A DNA stretch of 64,000 bases, from positions 1-64,000 of the IMG/VR virus record IMGVR_UViG_3300032236_001082. One strand, written 5' to 3'. Each line of letters opens with the position of its first letter. Position 1 is the stretch's first letter. The notes under the pieces were generated by a model, which was not told the DNA's origin, did not search any database, and saw only the letters and a list, made by a program, of their open reading frames with translations. This document shows positions 1 through 9,671 of the stretch, one piece after another. A program made the position numbers and the translations under genes. Source of the DNA: a virus.

Positions 1-276
1 ATAAAAATCTTCTTGGAAAGTCTGCTGACCGTGTGTTGTATAGGACCAAGTGATCTTTATGACACGATTTAGGGAAGTAACACTACCATTTAAGTCTAGT
101 GTATACTTCCCTATTTCTGGATCATTATATGCCAATGTAGATGGCAATAAAACTGTGTCTGGGTAATCTGCATCAACTATAACGGCATGAACATCGCCAT
201 CTGCGTTACATAGCTGCTTTTTGTAATATATCTCAAGCTCAGCTGTGGCTGTTGTACCTCTTATTATTTGATGCAT
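1..276 (-). CDS. Virion protein downstream of capsid genes (head-tail connector candidate), truncated at window edge
   Basis: Read manually: ATG at 276 after AGGGGGC RBS, MHQIIRGTTATAELEIYYKK..., open to position 1; product inferred from position only. Confidence 0.55.
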   Translation of the reverse strand, partial: MHQIIRGTTATAELEIYYKKQLCNADGDVHAVIVDADYPDTVLLPSTLAYNDPEIGKYTLDLNGSVTSLNRVIKITWSYTTHGQQTFQEDFY

Positions 277-289
277 TTCTGCCCCCTAT

Positions 290-691
290 TTAATTATAAA
301 ACTCCTGAGCTTCTCTAGGAGTTGCTGGTCTAAAGCCTGGCTCAGTGTCAAAGATTCTTGTAGCGTCATCTTCCGTCATCGCTACGAATGGATGTTCCTG
401 AGTAAAGGTATATCCATAAACTGTGTAAGAAGGATTAGCTTTGTCCATTCTTACTAAAATAGTTTTAGCTTTATCAAGCTTTACTTTCTTCTCTGTGATA
501 GGCTTTTCAATTTCAACCTTTTCAGTTCCGCTAAATTTAGCGTACATATCGTATGAAATTCCATTATCCTCAAGCTCAAGAAGGATTGACTGCTTTGTAG
601 CTTTTTCTGGCAATTCTACGCCAAAGGTCTGTGCTACCTTTTTTAATTCTGTAATTTTTAATGTATCAAATGACATATCTTTTCCTCTCAT
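290..691 (-). CDS. Hypothetical protein after major capsid gene; N-terminal HeH/Rho-N-like helix pair
   Basis: LKITELKKVAQTFGVEL...KQSILLEL motif; own TGGTATAAT promoter at ~701-709. Confidence 0.6.
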   Translation of the reverse strand: MRGKDMSFDTLKITELKKVAQTFGVELPEKATKQSILLELEDNGISYDMYAKFSGTEKVEIEKPITEKKVKLDKAKTILVRMDKANPSYTVYGYTFTQEHPFVAMTEDDATRIFDTEPGFRPATPREAQEFYN

Positions 692-724
692 GTCGTATCT
701 ATTATACCATCTATTATATAAAGT

Positions 725-758
725 ATAAGGGGGAGGATTTTAAGTCCTCCCCGCTTAT
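725..758 (-). terminator. Intrinsic terminator-like hairpin after major capsid gene
   Basis: GGGGAGGA-CTTAAAA-TCCTCCCC stem-loop ~25 nt after the stop codon. Confidence 0.7.
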
Positions 759-779
759 TTTTACCTTTAATAGGTTAGA

Positions 780-1934
780 TTAGAATGTACCACGTGTACG
801 TGTATCTGCATTAGATACGAGTGAACCGTGTGTTACTGATCCGAGTGAACCGAAGTTGGTTCCTGAGACCTTAACATTCTTGACGATAACGTGTGCATCG
901 TAGTTCTCGAAAGCGCAGCCAACACGAATGAATAGTGTATATTCAATTGTGTCTTTCTTTGGCTGGAAGAGACGGTAGACAACAACGTCACGCTTGATAC
1001 CAACGATAAAGTTCTGAGGGAATGTCAAGTGGACATCACCAAAGAGACCTGATGTTGCATCATAGCCTGAATCGCCGTAAGCCTTACCAGTTGAATCACG
1101 AGTCTCATCCATAAGAGGGACGTTGATTACTGGGATACCGAAAGCAAACGGTGTAGTGGTACCAGGACCACCATCGTTAGCAACTACGTCACCACGGATT
1201 ACGCCAGAAGCGATATCCCATGGATTCACAGAACCAGCGTTAGCTGTAAGATTATATAGATAATCCTGAACTAAGTTAGATCCTACGAAGAAACGAAGCT
1301 GATTGCGACGCTGCTTGTACTTACGTGGCAAGGTCTTAATTGCTGTATTGAATACAGCCTTGTCAAGTCCCTGTGCGTTACCATCAACAACGTGTGCGTT
1401 TGCGAGAGCGTTAGCTCTGAATCCGACGAATGCTGACATAAGTCCGCTGCCTGATCCAGTACCGTTGATAAGAGTATCTTCGATATCATTACCTGCCTGT
1501 GTTGCCATCAAGCGGGCGATATGATCTTCGAGATCTGGACCCTCAAGGTTATCTTCAAGAGCCTCTGCTGAGAGCTCCCAGTCAAGACGAAGCTTGCGAG
1601 TTGTTAGAGAAATCTTAGAAAATGTTGCACCTGCTGTTGTAAATGAAGAACCATCTGCGTTAACATAGTCACGAGGATTTTCTTCTGCTGCAACTGTCAT
1701 AAGTCTCTGGCCTACAGATACACGATCAATTTCTGTCGTGTTTGAACGCATGCGGATAGTACGTGCTGCCTTAGCAAGAATCGTAGCATCCCACATGTAG
1801 TCAAGGAATCTATTAGCCTGATCTGGGTATAGGAGACCAGTTCCAGAGTGTGTGCGACCATCACCTGAAAGGTCTGAGCCTGATGTACCAAGATTTGTTG
1901 TGTCAATTACTTTTTGTAAAAGTTCATTGCTCAT
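780..1934 (-). CDS. Major capsid protein (HK97 fold)
   Basis: 384 aa; GLLYPDQANRFLD, LDWELSAEALEDN, GNDIEDTLINGTG, FGIPV motifs; follows protease and portal. Confidence 0.93.
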   Translation of the reverse strand: MSNELLQKVIDTTNLGTSGSDLSGDGRTHSGTGLLYPDQANRFLDYMWDATILAKAARTIRMRSNTTEIDRVSVGQRLMTVAAEENPRDYVNADGSSFTTAGATFSKISLTTRKLRLDWELSAEALEDNLEGPDLEDHIARLMATQAGNDIEDTLINGTGSGSGLMSAFVGFRANALANAHVVDGNAQGLDKAVFNTAIKTLPRKYKQRRNQLRFFVGSNLVQDYLYNLTANAGSVNPWDIASGVIRGDVVANDGGPGTTTPFAFGIPVINVPLMDETRDSTGKAYGDSGYDATSGLFGDVHLTFPQNFIVGIKRDVVVYRLFQPKKDTIEYTLFIRVGCAFENYDAHVIVKNVKVSGTNFGSLGSVTHGSLVSNADTRTRGTF

Positions 1935-1966
1935 TTTTTATTTCACCACCTTTGTATTTGTTGATT

Positions 1967-3490
1967 TTATAGATTTGCGGAACCGAGGAAGGATCCTTGC
2001 CAATCGAACTCCATATTTTTCTGGAGTCTAGTACCCCTTGATGAGTTTTCTACTTCACCAATGGATTTTTGTACTGCAGTATCACTTTCGTAAGCACCAA
2101 AACGCTTTTCGAGCTCTTCAAATCGCTTGAAGAAATCAGAGATATTGTTAGTTAGATCTGTTAGATCCTTCTTCATGCCTTCTACGGCACTCATGTATTC
2201 GGCACGTGCTGCCTCAACTGTATCTACTGACTTTTGGATTTTTGCTTCTGTGTCTGCAGAATTCTGTTCTACTGCTTCGCTGAAGAGGTTACGCATTTCT
2301 GTCAACATCTTTGCAAAAGGTTCTGTTGCCTCTGCGCTTGTGACCGACTTCTCTACGGCTTCTTCTGCTGGAGCTTCTGCTGGTGCTTCTGCCTCTACTG
2401 GAGTTTCCTCTGTAGTAGGTGCATCTGCTGGTGCATCTGCTTCTGGAGCATCTGCTGGAGTTTCGACATCAGCTGCTGAATTTACAATTGCATCAATTGC
2501 GGATTCTGCTGCTTCAACAATCTGTTCGATTGCATCTGCTACTGCGTCATTGTTTGTTTCGTCTGCCATTTTATTACCTCCTTCATTAGCATACTCTGAA
2601 TCTTTTAGTGATTCAGACTTCTTTAATGTTTTTTTCTTGAGTTTTCTTCTCAGTCTTTGCTTTGCTTTATTTTGATCTGGATAAAGATTAATTGTTTCTT
2701 TTGAGTTTACAGTTCCAGCATCTCCATCTTGAGTAGTTGCTGAATGTGAAGGTCCTGGTGCATCGTCTTTCTTAAAATAAGAATCAACAACTTTGCTGAT
2801 TGCTACACCCTTTTCAATTTCTGAAGATTCAATCCAACCAACATTGTCCATGCTTTCTCCGCAGATAACGCAATCTTTTGTTACTGCTACTGTTGATGAA
2901 GCAATCTGATCTTTTTTACACCAATAAACATGCTCAATTTTAGTATCTGCTGACATGCCTTTAATAAAAGATGAACCATCAAGATTTTTTTGAATAGAAA
3001 AAATATTAGCTAGTGGATTTGCTGGTGAGTCAACTAAAGAAAGTTCCATAAGATCGTATTCTTTAATTACACGATGATCTTCTTTATCTCCTGGCATTAC
3101 TCCAGCATCAACGATATTCCCGCCAATTGAAAAACCAGTCATTGTGCCATCAAGAACTTTTTCCCAAGTATCTTGTGCGCCCTTTGATACATAAGCTTGT
3201 ACATAAATACCTTTATAAGTTTTTCCAGATTCTTTATCAAAGTAATCTTCAGGATGGAATGATAAAACTTTACCAATTGCAATTGGAGCATGCATTTCAC
3301 GGAGGTTTCCTCTAAAACGTGCAAATGCTTTTTCTGATGCTTCTGCGGTAACTATGTCACCGTGGCGATCAATATTATCTAATGTAGCGAATCCAGAGAC
3401 AGTTCTTTTTTCCTTGTCTACCTTGCTGATAGGAAAGGACATATTAATCTGTGAGCTGCTATTGTTCCACTGAACCTTTTGGATATTCAT
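1967..3490 (-). CDS. Prohead (maturation) protease fused to scaffold domain
   Basis: VSGFAT..D.HGDIV, LREMH, GFSIGG, ELSLVDSPANP protease motifs; acidic Ala/Pro-rich then coiled-coil C-terminus. Confidence 0.9.
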   Translation of the reverse strand: MNIQKVQWNNSSSQINMSFPISKVDKEKRTVSGFATLDNIDRHGDIVTAEASEKAFARFRGNLREMHAPIAIGKVLSFHPEDYFDKESGKTYKGIYVQAYVSKGAQDTWEKVLDGTMTGFSIGGNIVDAGVMPGDKEDHRVIKEYDLMELSLVDSPANPLANIFSIQKNLDGSSFIKGMSADTKIEHVYWCKKDQIASSTVAVTKDCVICGESMDNVGWIESSEIEKGVAISKVVDSYFKKDDAPGPSHSATTQDGDAGTVNSKETINLYPDQNKAKQRLRRKLKKKTLKKSESLKDSEYANEGGNKMADETNNDAVADAIEQIVEAAESAIDAIVNSAADVETPADAPEADAPADAPTTEETPVEAEAPAEAPAEEAVEKSVTSAEATEPFAKMLTEMRNLFSEAVEQNSADTEAKIQKSVDTVEAARAEYMSAVEGMKKDLTDLTNNISDFFKRFEELEKRFGAYESDTAVQKSIGEVENSSRGTRLQKNMEFDWQGSFLGSANL

Positions 3491-3542
3491 ACTAATGTAA
3501 TAATATCAACATATAAGATAAAGTCAAAATAATTCCAGTGTA

Positions 3543-5123
3543 TTATTTTACTTTTCTGCCTTCGCCTTTTCTAGCTCTACCGCTAACTGCTTCTTCTGGA
3601 GCGGCATTTCTAGTTTTATCCCTGGCTCTTGACTGAGTTGTTTGTGCCTGAATTTCGGCTGCCTTTGCTGCTGGGTCAAATACTTCGTCTCCAGAATCAA
3701 TAGGATTCATACCTAATCTCATTCTAACTTCGTTTGGCTTCAATACCTGAGTTGTCAAGTAAATCTGGTCAATTTGAGCCTGTGCCAATTCGTCAGTAAG
3801 AGTAAGTTCTTCAAACTTGAATTTAAACATATCAGTAAATTCTTTAATTATTTTATTAATTTGAATTTCTAGAGCATCTTGAGCAGGTCTTGTAACTTGC
3901 TCTTTAAAGATTTTATCGTCTAATGGGCTTGGGGTTCCATTACCTATTTTAGACAATGGGGTTCTATGTGCAATAAGGATACGATCTCTATTTTCTATAG
4001 CATAATTACTAAAGGATGAATCCTGAATTCCCGCCTCGACTGGCTCCATATTAAATTCAACACGAGCAGCATCGTTATCTGCTGGAAGGGGTATATAAAG
4101 GGTTCTATGGTTTCTGCCTTTTAAGCCAATCTGGAAGAACTCCAAAAGTTTTCTTTCTGAATCAGCGTTAAGACGTGCGCCTTTTGTTGTAATGATATAA
4201 CGAGGAACAGCCTTATTCTCAAAATAATCTAGATTATAACGTGAAGCAAATTCATCACCAGCAACTGCATTCTTTGCAGACAAGATATCTGGTACTCCAT
4301 AATATGTATTTGTTGGAGTATATTTTTTAAAATGAATAACTTCATTGGGACGAGGATCTGTGCCTATTTGGTCCTGTGTGGTCGTATCGCCAAAGTTTCT
4401 AAAGTAGGTATAGCGATTGTATACAACCTGCACGAAGCCGTCTCTATGCCGTCTTATACGCATTGTAATGGCAGGTATATGACCGATATAGCCAATCTCT
4501 CCCGCCGAAGTTCTACCAACTTCAAGATAACCGTTTCCAGTTGTTTCTAAATCTTTATAAACTTTGCGAAGAACCTCTTCAAATGAATCATCAGAGTTTA
4601 AGCTCTCTACTTTATCTCTCATCATGACTCTAGCACGTGAGATCTTTCTTCTAACCTTTTCTAATGCCTGCTCATCTTCTGAAGCATCTTCTAGTCTATC
4701 CAAAACTTTTTGAGTTTCAACAAATTTGTACCCCAGGCCAACTGTGTTAGAAACTTTTGCATCAATTGCTGCATGGTGATATGGAGAAACATCGTATAGT
4801 TGAGCCAAATACATAACGTTGTAAGGTGGCTGTACAATCTGGAATAAAGAGTAACCAGTTAAATCTAATGGGTCAAGCTTTTTTGATTTAGCATCTTCTA
4901 AGCCAGTATAAGCTTTTGCTAATTTACGAGAAGCATTTCTTTTAAAATTAGGATTAAGATTTTCAATCTTTAATAAATCTTCAGCCTTTGCTAAAAATGG
5001 ATCGTCAAAATCTGTTTCCTGAAGCTCACGAGCAGATGTGCCAAGTGCAGCACCTTCAATTTGCATTGAATAGCCTTTTGAGAAATCGTCATCATCGTCT
5101 GCTACTGTGGCTCTGTGTTCCAT
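3543..5123 (-). CDS. Portal protein (PBSX/HK97-like)
   Basis: DLETTGNGYLEV, EVIHFK..P...YYGVP, YFENKAVP, PNEVR..LG..P motifs. Confidence 0.92.
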   Translation of the reverse strand: MEHRATVADDDDDFSKGYSMQIEGAALGTSARELQETDFDDPFLAKAEDLLKIENLNPNFKRNASRKLAKAYTGLEDAKSKKLDPLDLTGYSLFQIVQPPYNVMYLAQLYDVSPYHHAAIDAKVSNTVGLGYKFVETQKVLDRLEDASEDEQALEKVRRKISRARVMMRDKVESLNSDDSFEEVLRKVYKDLETTGNGYLEVGRTSAGEIGYIGHIPAITMRIRRHRDGFVQVVYNRYTYFRNFGDTTTQDQIGTDPRPNEVIHFKKYTPTNTYYGVPDILSAKNAVAGDEFASRYNLDYFENKAVPRYIITTKGARLNADSERKLLEFFQIGLKGRNHRTLYIPLPADNDAARVEFNMEPVEAGIQDSSFSNYAIENRDRILIAHRTPLSKIGNGTPSPLDDKIFKEQVTRPAQDALEIQINKIIKEFTDMFKFKFEELTLTDELAQAQIDQIYLTTQVLKPNEVRMRLGMNPIDSGDEVFDPAAKAAEIQAQTTQSRARDKTRNAAPEEAVSGRARKGEGRKVK

Positions 5124-5453
5124 TTATATAATCCCCATTTTTTTCTTTTGCTCTAAATCTTCTTTTAGTGCTGGGATGTCCCACTCGTCTGCTACTAATC
5201 CCCAGTCCATTCTTTGTTTCTGATTTTCATATTCTTCAGCAGAGACTGGGCGGTGACCAGAAAACCATACTGGCTCTCCTTCTTCAACACCATAAGACTT
5301 AGCAAAATTTCTAAGCTCTGTAATTTTTTTTACATCACCTTTAATTGCGTAAATGCACATAAAATTACCGTCTTCATCAGACACTAATTTGCCATCTGGC
5401 ATCTGCCATAGGTAGGTTCCGTAATTAACTTCTTCAACTGGTGTGATCTTCAT
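5124..5453 (-). CDS. Hypothetical protein coupled to portal
   Basis: 109 aa ORF whose stop abuts the portal start; TGGTAAAAT -10 upstream. Confidence 0.7.
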   Translation of the reverse strand: MKITPVEEVNYGTYLWQMPDGKLVSDEDGNFMCIYAIKGDVKKITELRNFAKSYGVEEGEPVWFSGHRPVSAEEYENQKQRMDWGLVADEWDIPALKEDLEQKKKMGII

Positions 5454-5623
5454 ATGTATCTATTTTACCACTTTCTTTATCTGTAGCGAATATTTTTAAC
5501 CTAGCTCAACCAATTAATGGGAACATTTTAAGGCATCTGTCACAAAAGTTATAGGTTTTTTTAGTAAATGGGCATTTACCTGCCAAATTTAAGTTATGGC
5601 CCCTAAGTAAACAAGCTAGCTTA

Positions 5624-5821
5624 TTAAGCATTTTTAACAACATCTTTTATCCTTTTCCATTTGCCATATAGGTTTGGTTTTTCAGATCCAACATATTCTT
5701 GACCCGTTTCTAGATCAATCAATAGCCATTTCTCAGGGCATTTTGTGTGTATGGTCAAATCAACGGCAGAGTCAAATTCCTCAACTACACGTCCGTCAAG
5801 AAGTGTTCTAGTATTATTCAA
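5624..5821 (-). CDS. Small hypothetical protein
   Basis: 65 aa, co-oriented end of the oxygenase cassette; HTKCPEKWLLIDLETGQEYVG. Confidence 0.65.
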   Translation of the reverse strand: MNNTRTLLDGRVVEEFDSAVDLTIHTKCPEKWLLIDLETGQEYVGSEKPNLYGKWKRIKDVVKNA

Positions 5822-5829
5822 TTTATTAT

Positions 5830-6675
5830 TTATTCCTTCATGTCAGCAAAAAATGTAGAAGCTAATTCATAGCCTTTTAGTCCAGACTCCTGCATAATCT
5901 TTACAGCTTCTGGTGTAAACTGAGGGTTTGGCTTTAAGGGCTCTAGCCACTTTTTAACAGCAGCTTCAGACTTATCTCCAATTTGCTCATAGTACTCTGG
6001 GGTTTTATAATTATAAAAAGTGCCAGGATTGTCAATCGCTTTTAATGAAAAATTAGAAAACGCATATCTAATTCCAGAAGTAATTTCTCTTACTCCATGT
6101 GAATATGGATCAAATGCTGAATGGATTACAACGTCGCCTTTTTCTGGTTTATATTCAAAACACTCTTTATTATTTATTAACTGCCAAGCATCTTTTATTG
6201 TTCCATCTGGATTAACGTCTGGGTAAAATATTGCCCCGCCCTCATAATCTCCAAAATAAGCAACGACTCCATAATCTAATTCGCAGCAGGTCTTATAAGT
6301 ATCTGTTTGCGAAAGCAAATGGCATGCGCCCTTGCCTGGGCTATCTGAGTGAACAAACATGCCATTATCTCCAGGCTTAGTTTTTAAAATAGAAGCGGAA
6401 GGGTGAATAACCCAATCTGGCCCAATTAAATCGCCGATCTGTTCCCATACATCAATTAACTTTGGAGGAAGACCTGTTCCTTTACCCTCATACCAATCAA
6501 TTAAATTTAAAGGAGATTCTAAAATCTCTTCTTGCTCTGCGTTTAAAAAATCTTCTACAGATTTTATTAAATCTTCGCTTATAAACTTTTTAAATATAAA
6601 TATACCACTTTTTGTTCCGTAAGCATCAGTAAACGGAGATGGATTTATACAATCGGGTCTGTCGTAAAATTTCAT
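5830..6675 (-). CDS. 2OG-Fe(II) oxygenase (prolyl-4-hydroxylase-like)
   Basis: HSD...DYEGG.I.Y...P.KGD.V...H.V..I.SG.RY. Confidence 0.85.
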   Translation of the reverse strand: MKFYDRPDCINPSPFTDAYGTKSGIFIFKKFISEDLIKSVEDFLNAEQEEILESPLNLIDWYEGKGTGLPPKLIDVWEQIGDLIGPDWVIHPSASILKTKPGDNGMFVHSDSPGKGACHLLSQTDTYKTCCELDYGVVAYFGDYEGGAIFYPDVNPDGTIKDAWQLINNKECFEYKPEKGDVVIHSAFDPYSHGVREITSGIRYAFSNFSLKAIDNPGTFYNYKTPEYYEQIGDKSEAAVKKWLEPLKPNPQFTPEAVKIMQESGLKGYELASTFFADMKE

Positions 6676-6693
6676 AATTCCTCCAAAATCTAA

Positions 6694-7341
6694 TTATATC
6701 ATATTAATAGAATTGGTTGAAGTATATCTAACCCCACTCAATATTGGCTTTACCTGATGAACAAATGAAGCTGGAAACATTATTAAGCTACCAGCTTTAG
6801 GTTTTATTGTTATATTATGATCTGGGAAGTACAGCTCTCCACCTTCATAATTTTCATTTAAATAAGTTACAGTAGTAAAAGCTAGATTTGAATGCTCATA
6901 GCTGCTATCGGAATGTGGTCCCATGTAAGAGTTTGCATTCCATTTTCTGACTGGCAGATAAGAAACATCAAGTTGATACTTTGCTGGATCTAACGACGTA
7001 TGCTGATTGATATATTGGTTATAACACATTTCAGCTGCCATTTTTAATGTATTAACAGTGTACAAAACTTTTTGATTTAGCTTTGGACTGTTGCTTTTAT
7101 TTTTTACAGTTTCTGAAAGAATCATTTTTGAGTAACCGTAAAGAACTGATGGGTTGTTGCTTGCAGTCCATTCTTGCCATTTTGGAATATTAGTATGAGA
7201 GTCTGGGTCCGTGTCCAAATTTTCTATTAATTTAATTAAATCTTCTGGATAGCTAATAACATTATCCCAATACCAGATATCGTCATTTAAAACTTCAAGA
7301 TCAAACATTACATACTGCTTTTTAAACTTTACGTCTTCCAT
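6694..7341 (-). CDS. 2OG-Fe(II) oxygenase (prolyl-4-hydroxylase-like)
   Basis: HSD...YLNENYEGGELYF...KPKAGSLIMFP..FVHQV.PI.SG.RY. Confidence 0.9.
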   Translation of the reverse strand: MEDVKFKKQYVMFDLEVLNDDIWYWDNVISYPEDLIKLIENLDTDPDSHTNIPKWQEWTASNNPSVLYGYSKMILSETVKNKSNSPKLNQKVLYTVNTLKMAAEMCYNQYINQHTSLDPAKYQLDVSYLPVRKWNANSYMGPHSDSSYEHSNLAFTTVTYLNENYEGGELYFPDHNITIKPKAGSLIMFPASFVHQVKPILSGVRYTSTNSINMI

Positions 7342-7342
7342 C

Positions 7343-8086
7343 TTATCCCTCTACTTCTTGTGCTGGGTACTGATAGCCCGTAGGAGCCAATCTAAGACCC
7401 TTTTCTCTAATGTCTTCCCATTCTACCGCCTGCTCTGCTTGCATGGCTCTAACCTCTGCTAGCTCCTTTGCCCAGGCATCCCTGGTTTCTTGTGGGTAGT
7501 CTGACTCTTCACGATCATCAAAAAATGAACCTATGGTATATCTAGTTGATTTTTTAACTATGTCTACCTTGTGCATATTAGAATGACCTCCATGGAATGT
7601 TGCAAGCATTCCAGTTTCTGGGAGAATTGTTAAATTATGTTGTGGGAAAACTAATTCCCCTCCCTCAAAATCATCATTTAGATATAAGAATGTTGCGTAG
7701 CGACTTCTTGTAAATGCTCCCATGACTCCATCATTTGAACTATTGTCTGAATGTTCTGGGGCAAATGCTCCTGGCAACCAACGCTGGGTATGAAAACTAA
7801 TTCTAGATAACTGAGGTTCAGGTATCCCAGCATTTTCAGCAGTAGCAACTCTAAACCTTTGATAAAGATCTGAAAACCAATTATTAGGCAAGCCAAATTC
7901 TGCTAGTATTGGATCGTTATCTTCTGGATACCCAGATGAATAAGATTCGTAAAAAGAAATTGGTTTCCAAAAATTTCCTCTTATTTCATCTAATTTATTT
8001 AACAGATCTATAGTTTTTTTAGCTTCTTCTTTTGTAATAAAGTTTTTATAAATAGTTAAATCTGTTAATAACTTTTCTTTTTCCAT
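7343..8086 (-). CDS. 2OG-Fe(II) oxygenase (prolyl-4-hydroxylase-like)
   Basis: HSD...YLNDDFEGGELVF...H.V....STRY. Confidence 0.9.
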   Translation of the reverse strand: MEKEKLLTDLTIYKNFITKEEAKKTIDLLNKLDEIRGNFWKPISFYESYSSGYPEDNDPILAEFGLPNNWFSDLYQRFRVATAENAGIPEPQLSRISFHTQRWLPGAFAPEHSDNSSNDGVMGAFTRSRYATFLYLNDDFEGGELVFPQHNLTILPETGMLATFHGGHSNMHKVDIVKKSTRYTIGSFFDDREESDYPQETRDAWAKELAEVRAMQAEQAVEWEDIREKGLRLAPTGYQYPAQEVEG

Positions 8087-8922
8087 TACATGGCTCCTGC
8101 ATCTTGAGGATAAGCTTCTTCATAACTTACTGGTTTTCCATCTTTAAAATAAATCATAGTTCTTTTATTATCAAATTCAATTCTTTCATTTTCCATCTTA
8201 GCCCACTTATAAGCTCCGTATTTACGTTGATTTGCAATCCATTCAGGAGATCCTTCGTAAGAATGCATAACAAAGTTTCTAACAAAGAATTTGTTTCCAG
8301 TAGGAATTGTTTTAACACCATGATAGAAGGGTTCTCCAGAAGGAAATACCATTAGGTCTCCCGCTTTTGGTTTATGGTTTGTAACATCTCCGTTAACCCA
8401 AAACTCAACATCTCCTCCATCATAATTATCATTAATATAAAAAGTACAAGTAGTGTGGAATTTAGGACCTGGCATATCTTTTTCAGACACAATAAAATCT
8501 GTATGGTACTGCATTGTCATCTTGTTCTTTAAAACATCAACATCATTAAAGTATTTACAGTAAGAATGTCCACTAAAATAAGCATCTTCTGGCAATGTTC
8601 TTTCTATGCTAATATTATTAAAATAATGAGAAATAGCTTTATCATAAGCAGTTCTGATTTCTTCATCTAAATCTTTTTCATCTTTAAATTGCTGCTCTAG
8701 TACATTAGTTAAAGAATTTCCGTCTTTAGGTTGTGAGTAGGTTCCAAATGCTGACCAAGGGGTCCAAGCAGAAAGATAATAATCTCCAGATGCAAGCTCT
8801 TCTGATTTACGCATAGTCTCATAGGCTTTTGTTGGATCTTTAAGCATATTTCTATAGCATATCACTCCTGGGTATATCTCATCCCACTCTAAATCATTTA
8901 CATCTGTTCTTAAGTTAATCAT
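8086..8922 (-). CDS. 2OG-Fe(II) oxygenase (prolyl-4-hydroxylase-like)
   Basis: HTD...YINDNYDGG...KPKAGDLMVFPS...YHGV....G.K. Confidence 0.9.
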   Translation of the reverse strand: MINLRTDVNDLEWDEIYPGVICYRNMLKDPTKAYETMRKSEELASGDYYLSAWTPWSAFGTYSQPKDGNSLTNVLEQQFKDEKDLDEEIRTAYDKAISHYFNNISIERTLPEDAYFSGHSYCKYFNDVDVLKNKMTMQYHTDFIVSEKDMPGPKFHTTCTFYINDNYDGGDVEFWVNGDVTNHKPKAGDLMVFPSGEPFYHGVKTIPTGNKFFVRNFVMHSYEGSPEWIANQRKYGAYKWAKMENERIEFDNKRTMIYFKDGKPVSYEEAYPQDAGAM

Positions 8923-8924
8923 AT

Positions 8925-9671
8925 TTACTCCTGCTCCTTATTAAATAATTGCTTGTACTCTTCAGATTCAAACCCGCCACGATAACCTGGAGGTGGCTGC
9001 TTTTCTCCAGTATGCTTTTTGATATTCCAAAAAAACGGAGAAGTGAATCTATTACCAGATTTTACTGGGCGGACTCCGTGTGTATAAAATCTATCTCCTG
9101 GAAAAAAGTAAGCTGATCTTGGTGTTGGTTTAAATTCAAGTCCATGCTGAGGGAAGTATAGCTCTCCGCCTTCGTAATCATCATTAAAATAAAAAAGGCT
9201 GGCTATGTCATAGTATGGGAAATCATTAGGTCTACCCTGCTCTGCTCCGATATGAAATTCTTTATCAGCATGTGGTTCTTGTCTTGCTCCTACAGGCCAT
9301 TTTACAATTGCTGGTCCTGTTGCTTCTACCTCTACTTCAAAAAACTTTTCTACTTCTATTTTTAATCTATCTATCATTCCATAAATTAATTTAAGTATTG
9401 AAGGGTCTGACTTCATGAGAGAATCATAAGTACAAACACGATCATCCCAGATACTTGCCTGATACAAAACCAATCCATCTTCGTCGTAGCTGTCCTGGGT
9501 TACATCCCAGACTTTGTTATTCAAAGCAAAATTCATAAGCCTTTGCTGCTCTTCTTCTGTTAAAAAGTCTTCTAGCTCAACTATGTTTGCGGACGAGTTG
9601 CCAAAAAATCCAGAAGGAGTTATTGAAGTGGGTCTATTTTGCACCCAACTATTAGAATTTGTTTGATTCAT
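8925..9671 (-). CDS. 2OG-Fe(II) oxygenase (prolyl-4-hydroxylase-like)
   Basis: HAD...YFNDDYEGGELYF...HGVRPVKSGNRF. Confidence 0.9.
   Translation of the reverse strand: MNQTNSNSWVQNRPTSITPSGFFGNSSANIVELEDFLTEEEQQRLMNFALNNKVWDVTQDSYDEDGLVLYQASIWDDRVCTYDSLMKSDPSILKLIYGMIDRLKIEVEKFFEVEVEATGPAIVKWPVGARQEPHADKEFHIGAEQGRPNDFPYYDIASLFYFNDDYEGGELYFPQHGLEFKPTPRSAYFFPGDRFYTHGVRPVKSGNRFTSPFFWNIKKHTGEKQPPPGYRGGFESEEYKQLFNKEQE

Noticed and set aside
2127-2675. Long antisense ORFs (also 62751..63479, 16065..16370, 60890..61204)
   Set aside because: Shadows of Ala/Glu/Thr-rich sense genes; no RBS and implausible composition.
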